A stretch of DNA of 64,000 bases from Blepharisma stoltei ATCC 30299 (taxonomy: Eukaryota; Protista; Ciliophora): the NCBI GenBank assembly GCA_965603825.1, contig CBFDEM010000063.1, positions 62,001 through 126,000 on the forward strand. The letters are read 5' to 3'. The notes under the pieces are model-generated. The model had not been told where the DNA came from, ran no database searches, and saw only the letters and a list, made by a program, of their open reading frames with translations. This document shows positions 24,462 through 36,227 of the stretch, one piece after another. Position 1 is the stretch's first letter, and each line of letters starts with the position of its first letter. The translations under genes were made by a program, and so were the position numbers.

Positions 24462-27400
24462 TTAGCTATCGTTTAAAGAAGATGGTTCTACTTTCGACGA
24501 CTTTTTCATGTTATTAAATACGTGTGCGTTAACTTTCGATTTACTCCCAACTTGAAAAGCAAATTTAAAGAGAATGCTTGTATCTTTTCCTTGCTTTTTG
24601 TATAACAGACTTGGATATTTTTTCTTTTGTACATAAAATCCAATAGTCAAAATAATAGTTCATCCAGCAATTACTAAAGCGATTCAAGGAAACCCACTGT
24701 TATTTAATAAAATACTAATAGTTGCTATAAAGCCTAGCCACATAACTCCTACGATGCTCACTCCCTGCCACCAGCTGAATCTTGGATAATTATATGGCTT
24801 ATATTTGAATATAAAAATAACATATAAAAGCAATGCAAGCAAAAATAAAAAACCATGAGTCGCTGCTTCTGCTCTTTTTACTGTTTTATTGAGAACAATT
24901 AGCACAATTTGAGCTATTGTTTTTACCATAAGAAATAAAGGCAACGTTTTTACATGTAAAACTGGTTGAAATTCCTGCCAAAGAGGCCTGCAAAAGACAG
25001 CTAAAGGCTCGTAAATTAAAATTGCAATCCCAGATAAAATTGCATAAACTATATGGCTGTCTTTCCAGCAAAACTGATAACAATCTTTTGCAAGGAAAGA
25101 ATCAGTGAAACGGTTTCCTATTGACTCATCACATACGAATACATCTAATAGTATAGAAACAAAGGGAATAAAGCATAAGTTTCCCAAAATCGGCATTAGA
25201 AATTCGGCAAGCTGACCTAAAAATCTAAAAATAAAGATATGGTTATATTTTTCATCAAGCCTATAAAAAACAGTGATACATAAAATTATCCAGGCTGCGG
25301 ATAACCCTAATACTGCATCACAAACAATTCAGAATACTCCATTAGTCAATTTTATAAAATTTCCAAGGTTCAATGAGAGAGCCTCCCCAATGTCTCATAA
25401 AAAACTATTAATCGGGTCTAAGTCAGGGCCCATAGCTAGATATTGGAAAAATTCAATAGCAATGGTCGCCCCTACTATGAAATCTTCAAATGAAATTTCA
25501 TACTTTTCTTTTAAGTCTTCTATTTTTACATTCCATCAATTTTTTCATATAAAAAAAGTTATAATACTTGTAGATAATGCCATAAAAAAGCAAATTCCGA
25601 ATACAAGATATCTGCCTTTATAAAAAGTTTTAATTTCTGAATCTGGGAAAGGGCATTTTAAATCTTGGTTTCTTAAATCAGGTGGCTTTATTGCAGTATA
25701 TTTGATGTCATAAAAAAAGGGGTTCGCTATAGTTAAATATTGTGTGCTATAAGGGCTGCCTATCCCTATATGATAAACTTCGAGAGTATTGTTTATTAGA
25801 ATATTACTGTCTATGCTCAAAGCATCCAATTCTCTATCATTGCTACCTTTCGAAATGGCTACTTTTCCAGTGCACCCTATAATTTTAATACTTCTAATAG
25901 TTTGATTCAGCTTATATCCATCTGTAAAATCTTGACCTCTATTTATCATAAAATCTATAGAACTTGCTATTAAAAAAGCAGAGTCAAAATAATTACACGA
26001 AAGACCAGGGGGAACTGTCTTATAGTCATTTGCAAGGCCATTATAAATCTTTTCTCCAAATGCTCCTACCCAAACCGGCATTTGAAATATCATCATAGGA
26101 CAGCCAAGCTCAATTCTTTTGTACCTATAAGTATCATTTTTTGCTCCAATATCAGTAACAGCAGCAGCAATTATAGAAAAAAATATTAAGTCACCATTCC
26201 TAGCTCCTAAATCATAAAATTTTTCTAATATTACCCCTAATAAGTCATCGTACATAAATACAATTATAAGTCTTGCATTAGTGTCAAGAATTTCTTGCAA
26301 GATATATGAGTAGTTGCTTATTTGATCTCTTGTTAGAGCAGGAGGTATTATTGCTGATTTTATGACTGTAATTCCTCCTTCTTCTTCTATAGCTTGCTGA
26401 AATGCAAGATATGTAGAAATTCCCCAAGTTTCGTTTTGATATAAGACTGCTGCACTCCGCCAGCCTAAGGCTTTAAGTAAACTTGGTGTTTGAGATGATA
26501 AGCCTATAGTAGAAACTTGTATTCTTGAAAATCATGGATAGGTTGAAATTGAGCTTAATGCTGCAGATGATGCAACAGCGCTAACGATTGGAACGGTAGT
26601 ATTTAAGCGTTTAAATGTTTGAAGAGTCCCTAATACAACTCCCGATGGATATGAAGACACATGGGTTAAGCCAAATTTGTCAATATCTTTTAAAAAACAA
26701 TTATAGCCATAAGTCGAATCATAAATCGTGGCTCCACAATCATAAGTGAATAAACTCATTTGGAAATTTTCAAGAATTCCTAAGCCTTCATTAATCCATT
26801 TGATAGCAAGTGAAGTTCCTCTTGCATATATCGGAACATTAGGAGATGGCACTTGGCCATAATTGGTGGATCCTGCATTAATACTGATAGGCAGAGTTTT
26901 CTTGGTAGATATAGGAGGAGTTGTTGTATTTCCTGGAAAAATAATTTCGCTAATAAGGGAAATGCTAGTATTATTAAAATTTCCAACTATAGTCTTTGAG
27001 TTATTTATAAAATTCACTAATGAAAAAGTATTTTGGCAAAAGCGGTTAAGGCATGATTTTTCCAATGTTATTTTTATTTGATAAGGATCATCAGCAGCCA
27101 ACGAGCTGTCAATTAAATTAATAATTTTTAATATTGCAGTAGAAATATAAATTTCTTTAGAAGTCGTATTTTCTTGGTTTTTTTCAGCGATAATAAGACT
27201 CCCAGCAATTATGGGATCAAAATAGCTTTCTTTGCCTAAAATGATCCCATTTCCAGCATTGGCAAGTTTTTTTTCAATAAGAGCTTGTTGGATAGAAGAG
27301 CTATAAGCTTCATCTCCAAAAATATAATACATTGTAGAGCCCAATGGTACAGCTATTCTGCCAACAATGTCATTTATATTTGAGTTTGGTTCAGTAATAA

Positions 27401-27884
27401 CATTTTTAAAACTATTCGAAAAATCCAGCAAATAATCTTTAATAAAGGTATTTTGGTTCGAATTGAATATTATTCCTTGGCTCCAATTAAAATAGCCAAA
27501 TAATATGGTCAGTGATTCTAAATAATTAACCCTTGATGTCGACCCAGAAAAAGTTCAGTCTGTTAAATAGTTTAGGTCGTCTTCAACAACTAAATGAATA
27601 ACTTCATATTCTTTACACAATTGTGATAAGTCATAATGATTAACTCTATCATCAACCAAGTCAATCAAAATTTTTGGATTTTCTAATAAATCAAAAAGAG
27701 CCAATAATTCGTCAGAATTTGTCGCTGAGTATAAATAATGAGAAGACAGTGCTTGATTTTGCTGGAGAAAATTAAAGGATGCTGTTGAAGAGGTATCTGT
27801 GTGGAAGAAAATTAAATTTAAAGCATCAGCAAAAGAAATGGGTAGCATCACACCAAATAGCAGGTAAGCAAGCATAGGATTCAT
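24462..27884 (-). CDS. Receptor-like protein copy 1 (intact, ~1140 aa): signal peptide, Venus-flytrap/ANF-receptor-like ectodomain, ~9 TM segments
   Basis: Five ORF pieces share one frame and are separated by TGA. LSSISTYP[W]FSR, LKALGWRSAAVLY, ARLIIVF and GCTGKV resemble GABA-B/ANF VFT motifs. Confidence 0.8.
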
Positions 27885-28718
27885 ATTTTATATAGCTATT
27901 TTATTATTCGAATGAAAATAAATAAAAAAAAACCTGCTGATTTAAAAATTCTTTAGGTGAAAAAGTTTTTTAATTCAGTTTATTTGACTAGTAAATAAAT
28001 TTTAAGGCTTAAAGCTATATGCTATCATTTTAACCGATATCACGATGCTTCATGATTTATTTTAATAGCACTAATTGCTCTTTTGCAAGTGCTTTAATAA
28101 TTTTTCTTTATCGAAGAATTATATTGAACTACCATAAAGAGTTAAATACGAACAATTTAATATGTATTATGGTTGTGATAAAAATATATTGATAAATTAA
28201 AATTTTATATAGATTAGATTTAAACCGGGGGTTTCATTTTTTGCCTCTCTATAAGGACAGAGCTTTTCAAATATTTAGAAAATTTTACTGATATTTCTAG
28301 AAAATTAATATAGGTGATTTTTAGGAAAGCCCATTAAAATATTTATAATCTACACACTAGATCAAAGCTTGTTTTAAATATGTTTAAATACCAAGGATAT
28401 TATAAACTGACATTAGGCAATTTATTGAGCATTAAAAGACTATTGAGACCCAGATTTTTACGTTAAGAATATTGGCTACTTTATAGGAGTTTAATTGATT
28501 AAAATGCATTTTTTGTTAAATTTGAATAACTTGGCACATCGAGGTATAATTTACTTTCTATGAATGCATAAAATTTTATAAGTCAACCATTTTTGTATTT
28601 TAAAAGCATAATAATATTACCATAGCATTTTTACCATTATTCAAGCTACATCAATCCTGATTTTAATGGAATAATTTTCGATAGACAATTAAATTTATAT
28701 AATTAGGTTCAAGAATTA

Positions 28719-31700
28719 TTAGCTATCTTTTATAGAAGATGGCTCTACTTTTGTTCACTTTTCCATGTTATTAAGCACATGTGCGCTTACTTTCGATTTA
28801 CGCCCGACTTGAAAAGCAAATTTAAAGAGAGTGCCTGTATCTTTGCCTTTCTTTTTATATAGCAGACTTGGATATTTTTTCTTTTGTACATAAAATCCAA
28901 TAATCAAAATAATAGTTCACCCAGCAACCACTAAAGAGATTCAAGGAAACCCACTGTTATTTAATAAAATACTCATAGTTGATATAGAGCTCAGCCATAT
29001 AACTCCAACGATACTCATTCCGTGTCACCAGCTGAATCTTGGATAATTATATGGTTTATCTCTGAATATAAAAATAACATATAAAAGCAGGACAAGCAAA
29101 AATAAAAAACTATGAGTCGCTGCTTCTGCTCTTTTTACTGTTTTATTGAGAACGATTAATACAATTTGAGTTATCGTTTTTACCATAAGAAATAAAGGTA
29201 ATGTTTTTACATGCAAAACTGGTTGAAATTCTTGCCAAAGAGGCCTCAAAAGACAGCTAAAGGCTCATAAATTAAAATTGCAATCCCAGATAAAATTGCA
29301 TAAACTATATGGTTGCCTTTCCAGCAAAACTGATAGCAGTCTTTTGCAAGAAAAGAATCAGTGAAACTGTCTCCTATTGACTCATCGCACACAAATACAT
29401 CTAATAGCACAGAAACAAAGGGAATAAAGCATAAATTTCCCAAAATCAGCATTAGAAATTCGGCAAGCTGACCTAAAGATCTAAAAATAAAGATATGGTT
29501 ATATTTTTCATCAAGCCTATAAAAAACAGTTATACATAAAATTATCCAAGCTCCTGATAACCCTAATACTGCATCACAGACAATTCAGAATACTCCATTA
29601 GTCAATTTTATAAAATTTCCGAGGTTCAATGAAAGAGCCTCCCCAACGTCTCATAAAAAACTATTAATCTGGTTTAAGTCAGGGCCCATAGCGATATATT
29701 GGAAAAATTCAATAGCAATGGTCGCACCTACTATGTAATCTTCTAATGAAATTTCATGCTTTTCTTTTAGCTCTTCTATTTTTACGTTCCATCAAAATTT
29801 TTCATATATAAAAAGTTATAATACTTGTAGATAATGCCATAAAAATGCAAATTCCGAATACAAGATATCTGCCTTTATAAAAAGTTTTAATTTCTGAATC
29901 TGGGAAAGGACATTTTAAGTCTTGGTTTCTTAAATCAGGCGGTTTTATCGTGGTATATTTATTGTCATAAAAAAAGGGGTTAGCAATAGTTAAATATTGT
30001 GTGCTATAAGGGCTACCTAGCCCTATATGGCAAGGTGAGATAGTATTGTTTATTAGAATATTGCTGTCTATGCTCAAAGCATCCAATTCTCTATCATTGC
30101 TGCCTTTCGAAATGGCTACTTTTCCAGTGCACCCTATAATTTTAATATTTCTAATAGTGTGATTTAGCTTATACCCATCTGTAAAATCTTGACCTCTATT
30201 TATCATAAAATCTATAGAACTTGCTATTAAAAAAGTAGAATCAAAATAATTACACGAAAGACCAATGGGAACTGTCTTATAGTCATTTAAAAGGCCATTA
30301 TAAATCTTTTCTCCAAGTCCTCCTACCCAAATCGGCATTTGAAATGATATCATAGGACAGCCAATCTCAATTCTTTTGTACCTATAAGCATCATTTTTTG
30401 CTCCAATATCAGTAAGCGCTGCAGCAATGCCAGAAAAAAATATCAAGTCACCATTCCTAGCTCCCAAATCATAAAATTTTTCTAATACCAAGCCAAATAA
30501 GTCGTTGTATATAAATACAATTATAAGTCTTGCATTAGTGTCGAGAATTTCTTGCAAGATATATGAGTAGTTGCCTATTTGCTCTCTTGTTAAAAAAGGA
30601 GGGATTGCTGCTGATTTTATGATATTAATCCCTGCTTCTTCTTCTATACCTTGTTTAAATGAAAGGTATGTAGAAATTCCCCAAGTTTCGTTTTTATATA
30701 AGACTGCTAGACTCCGCCAGCCTAAGGCCTTAAGCAAATGTGGTGTTTGAGATGAAAAGTCTGAATTAGAAACTTGTACCCTTGAAAATCATGGATATGT
30801 TGAAATTGAACTTAATGCTACAGATGATGCAATAGCACTAACGATTGGGACCGTAGTATTTAAAAGTTTAAATGTTTGAAGAGTCCCTAATACAACTCCC
30901 GATGGATATGAAGACACTGCAGCCAAGCCAAATTTGTCAATATCTTTTAAAAAACAATTATAGCCATAAGTCGGATCATAAATCGCGGCTCCACAGTCAT
31001 AAGTGAATAAACTCATTTGGAAATTTTCAAGAATTCCTAGGCCTTCATTTATCAATTTGATAGCGATTGAACTTCCTCTTGCATATATTGGAACATAAAG
31101 AGATGGTGCTTGACCATAATTGGTGGATCCTGCATTAATACTGATAGGCAGAGTTTTCTTTGTAGATATAGGAGGAGTTGTTGCATTTCCAGGAAAAATG
31201 ATTTTGCTGATAAGGGAAATGCTGGTATTATTAAAATTTCCAACTATAGTATTTGAGTTATTTATAAAATTCACTAAAAAATCATTTTGACAAAAGTGGT
31301 AAAAACATGATTTTTCCAATGTATTTTTTATTTGATAAGGATCTTCAAGGTTTTCAATTAAATTAATAATTTCTAATATTGCAGTAGAAATATAAATTTC
31401 TCTAGAAGTCGTGCTTTCTTGGTTTTTTTCAGCAATAATAAGACTCCCTTCAATTATAGGATCAAAATAGCTTTCTTTACCTAAAATAATTCCGTTTCCA
31501 GCATTAACCAGTTTTTTTTCAATAAGAGCTCGTTGGATAGAAGAGCTATGAGCTTCATCTCCAAAAATATAATACATTGTAGAGCCCAATGGGACAGCTA
31601 TTCTGCCAACAATGTCATTTATATTTGAGTTTGGCTCAATAATAACATTTTTAAAACTATTCGAAAAATCCAGCAAATAATCTTTAATAAAGGTATTTTG

Positions 31701-32129
31701 GTTCGAATTGAATATTATTCCTTGGCTCCAATTAAAGTAGCCAAATAAAATGGTAAGTGCTTCTAAATAATTGCTCTTAGAAGTTGACCCTGAAAAAGTT
31801 CAGTCTGTTAAATAATTCAGATCGTTTTCAAAAACTAAATGAATAGCTTCATATTTTTTGCACAACTTTGATAGATCATAATGATTAACTCTATCATCAA
31901 CTAAGTCAATCAAAATTTTTGGGTTTTCTAAGAAATCAAAAAAAGCCAATAATTCGTCAGTATTTGTCGCTGAGTATAAATAATGAGAAGACAGTGCTTG
32001 ATTTTGCTGGAGAAAATTGAAGGCTGCTGTTGAAGAGGTACCTGTGTGGAAGAAAATTAAATTTAAAGCATCAGCAAAAGAAATGGGCAGCATCACACCT
32101 AATCATAGGTAAACAAGCATAGCATTCAT
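28719..32129 (-). pseudogene. Receptor-like copy 2; +1 frameshift near 29794-29801 and -1 near 29247; translates as ectodomain plus 1 TM ending at TAA 29664
   Basis: Colinear with copy 1; indels seen by direct comparison. Confidence 0.75.
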
Positions 32130-33031
32130 ATTTTTTATAGTTACAAATATTAGAATGATATAAATAAATAAAAAAAACTACTTGCATTTAAAATTATTTA
32201 GGTGGATAATTGTTTTAATTCAGTTTTATTTGACTAAGTATAAATTTTAAGGCTTAAAGCTTTATGCTATCATTTTAGCCGATATCACATTGCTTTATTA
32301 TTTATTTTAATAGCACGAGTTGCTCTTATGAAAATATTTTAATAATTTTTCTTTATCGAAGAATTATATTGAAATACCATAAAGATTTAAATATGAGCAA
32401 TTTAATATGTATTATGGTTGTGATAAAAATATATATTAGCAAAAATGCTAAAGATTTTATCAAAATTGTATAGAAATTTTATGGGATAGTCTATATTTTA
32501 TTACTAGCAAAGATATATATATTAGATTTAAAACGGGGGTTTCATTTTTTGCCACTAGGACAGAGCTTAATTTTTCAAATATTTAGAAAATTTTTACTAA
32601 TATTTCTAGAAAATTAATATAGGTGATTTTTAGGAAATTCTGTTGAAATATTCACAATCTACGCACTGGATCGAACTTGTTTTAAATATATTTAAATGCC
32701 AAATATATTATAAACTGACATTAGGCAATTAATTGAAAATTAAAAGACTATTTAACACCTGATTTTTACGTTAAGTATTTTGTATTGGCTAGCAAGCAGG
32801 AGTTCCATTGATTAAAATGCATTTTTTGTAAATTTTAATAACTTGGCATATCGAGCTATAATTTACTTTCTATGCAATGTATAAAATTTTATAAGTCAAC
32901 CAATTTTGTATTTTAAAAGCATAATAATATTAGCCATAGCATTTTTATCATTATTCAAGCTACATCAATCCTGATTTTAATGGAATAATTTTCGAGAAGA
33001 CAATTAAATTTATAATAAGGTTCGAGAATTA

Positions 33032-35316
33032 TTAGCTATCTTTAATAGAAAATGACTCTACTTTTGCTCTCTTTTCCATGTTATTAAGCACATCTGCGCT
33101 TACTCTCGATTTACGCCCGACTTGAAAAGCAAATTTAAAAAGAATGCTTGCATCTTTTCCTCGCTTTTTGTAGAACTTGCTATTAAAAATGTAGCGTCAA
33201 AATAATTACACGAAAGACCAGGGGGAACTGTCTTATAGTCATTTATTAGGCCGTTATAAATCTTTTCTCCAAATGCTCCCACCCAAGCCGGCATTTGAAA
33301 TATTATCATAGGACAGCCAATTTCAATTCTTTTGTACCTATAAGTATCATTTTTTGCTCCAATATCAGTAACTGCAGCAGCAACAATAGAAAAAAATATC
33401 AAGTCACCATTCCTAACTCCCAAATCATAAAATTTTTCTAATACTACCCCAAATAAGTCGTCGTGCATAAATACAATTATAAGTCTTACATTAGTGTCGA
33501 GAATTTCTTGCAAGATATATGAGTAGTCGCCTATCTGATCTCTTGTTAAAGAAGGAGGTATTATTGCTGATTTTACGATTTTAATCTCTCCATTTTCTTC
33601 AATAGCTTGTTGAAATGCAAGGGATGTAGAAATTCCCCTAGATTCGTTTTGATATAAGACTGCTAAATGCCGCCAGCCTAAGGCTTTAAATAAGCTTGGT
33701 GCTTGAGGTATTCATCCTAAGTTAGAAACTTGCACCCTTGAAAATCATGGATAGGTAGAAGTTGAGCTTAATGCTGTAGCTGCAGCAGTAGCACTAACGA
33801 TTGGAACCGTGATATTTAAAAGTTTAAATGTTTGAAGATTCGCTAATACAACTCCCGATGCATATGAAGATACTGCAGCCAAGCCAAATTTGTCAATATC
33901 TTTTAAAAAACAATTATAGCCATAAATCGGATCATAAATCGTGGCTCCGCAGTAATAAGTGAATAAACTCATTTGGAAATTTTCAAGGATTCCTAGGCCT
34001 TCATTAATCCATTTGATAGCGAGTGAAGTTCCTCTTGCATATATCGGAACATTAAGGGATGGTGCTTGGCCATAATTGGTGGCTCCAGCATTAATACTGA
34101 TAGGCAGAGTTTTCTTGGTAGATATAGGAGGAGTTATCGTGTTTCCTGGAAAAATGATCTTGCTAGTAAGAGAAATGCTGGTATTATTAAAATTTCCAAC
34201 TATAGTATTTGAGTTATTTATAAAATTCACTAATGAAAAAGTATTTTGGCAAACGGTAAAGGCATGATTTTTCCAAAGTATTTTTTATTTGATAAGGATC
34301 ATCAACAGCCAACGGCCTATCAATTAAATTAATAATTTCTAATATTTCAGTAGAAAAATACATTTCTTTAGAAGTCGTGCTTTCTTGGTTTTTTTCAGCA
34401 ATAATAAGACTCCCGCCAATTATAGGATTAAAATAGCTTTCTTTACCTAAAATGATTCCATTTCCAGCATTAGCAAGTTTTTTTATTCAATAAGAGCTTG
34501 CTGGATAGAAGAGCTATGAGCTTCATCTCCAAAAATATAATACATTGTAGAGCCCAATGGGACAGCTATTCTGCCAACAATGTCATTTATATTTGAGTTT
34601 GGCTCAATAATAACATTTTTAAAACTATTCGAAAAATCTAGCAAATAGTCTTTAATAAAGGTATTTTGGTTCGAATTGAATATCATTCCTTGACTCCAAT
34701 TAAAGTAGCCGAATAAAATGGTGAGTGCTTCTAAATAATTAACCCTTGATGTCGACCCAGAAAAAGTTCAGTCTGTTAAATAATTTAAATCGTCTTCAAC
34801 AACTAAATGAATAACTTCATGCCTTTTACATAATTGTGATAGATCATAATGATTAATTCTATCATCGACTAAGTCAATCAAAATTTTTGGGTTTTCTAAT
34901 AAATCAAAAAGAACCAATAATTGATCAGAATTTGTCGCTGAGTATAAATACAGATTGAACCTAATTATTGTTCTTTTGAGGAAAATGCCTTAGCTTTAAT
35001 ATAAACCCACAAGACGTAAAATTTTCCATATAAGTATAATTTAATATTGGCAAATCCAAATTGCAGATGAATAAATGCCAATTTTTAATTAGAACTTTTA
35101 AAAAAATTGGCATTCACGCAGTCTTTTAATAAGGCAAAGGATTGCTACTAAAAATCATATAAGAAGCCTTAAACTATAATGAGAAGACAGTGCTTGATTT
35201 TGCTGGAGAAAATCGAAGGCTGCTGTTGAAGAGGTGTCTGTGTGAAAGAAAATTAAATTTAAAGCATCAGCAAAAGAAATGGGCAGCATCACACCAAATA
35301 GCAGGTAAGCAAGCAT
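33032..35316 (-). pseudogene. Receptor-like copy 3; 228-bp insertion, 1357-bp deletion of the TM region, 2-bp indels near 34253 and 34484
   Basis: Direct comparison with copies 1 and 2. Confidence 0.85.
34949..35176. mobile_element. 228-bp TA-bounded insertion (IES-like) in receptor copy 3
   Basis: Removal leaving one TA restores gagtataaaTAatgagaag exactly as in copies 1 and 2; ends TACAGATT/TATAGTTT. Confidence 0.75.
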
Positions 35317-36227
35317 AGCGTTATTTTTTATAGCTATATTATTAGAATGGTAGATAATAAAACAACCTGCTCAGATAAAATATTTTTAAACGAATGAGTT
35401 TTTCTAATACAGTTTTATTTGGCTAATAAATAAATAAATTACAAAGCTTAAAGTATATGCTATCGTTTAACCGATATCACGATGCTTATTATTTATTTAA
35501 AAGCGTGGCTCCTCATATGTAAGTATTTTAATAATTTTCTTTATCGAAAATTATATTGAACTGCCATAATATTTAATATGAAAAATTAGCATATTTATTA
35601 TTATTATTATAAAAAAATATATGGAAAAATAAAAATTATTTAGCTGAAAATTTTCCCAGATATTTTTTATAGATAATTAGATTTAAAGCTGAATTGGAGT
35701 GGATTTCATTTTTTGCCATTCTGTTAATTATAGAGCTAATTTCTCTAATATTTATAAAATTTCGAATGGCATTGTTAGAAAATTTATATAGGTAATATTT
35801 GAGAAATAGACACTCTATACACTTTATCAAAGCTTGTTTTCAAAGTCTTTAAATATCAGCTTGGTTATAAACTGTGCATTCGGCATGAAATAGAGCATTG
35901 AAAGCTCATTGAGCTTCAGATTTTTACATTGAGAAATTGTGTTTGTTAGTAAGCAGGAATCTGAGAAGTTTTAATTTTTATTATGGAGAGAGTTTGAAAA
36001 TAGTAGAGCATTTGTAATTTGAGCTGAGAACTCTACTTGGATACTTATTATTCTTTTTTTTATGCAATTAATTCTATGTGTAGAAATTTTATTAATGAAA
36101 TTTTAAATTAAAATAATTTAGCTGATTGAGGTATAATTTACTTTCTATCCATAAATTTTTATCTCTATCATTATAAAAGCTTCTATTTTAAAACACATCT
36201 ATATTTATAATTTTAAAGTAATAATAT

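Larger units (their letters stand above)
24355..36200. repeat. Three-unit tandem segmental duplication (~4.3-kb unit: gene plus upstream spacer)
   Basis: Spacer motifs recur, e.g. ttttaaaagcataataatatt (~24360, ~28600, ~32910) and tataatttactttcta (~28545, ~32857, ~36132). Confidence 0.9.

Noticed and set aside
34480-34490. Euplotes-style programmed frameshift at GAA-TAA in receptor copy 3
   Set aside because: Not established for heterotrichs, and the copy has other disabling lesions.
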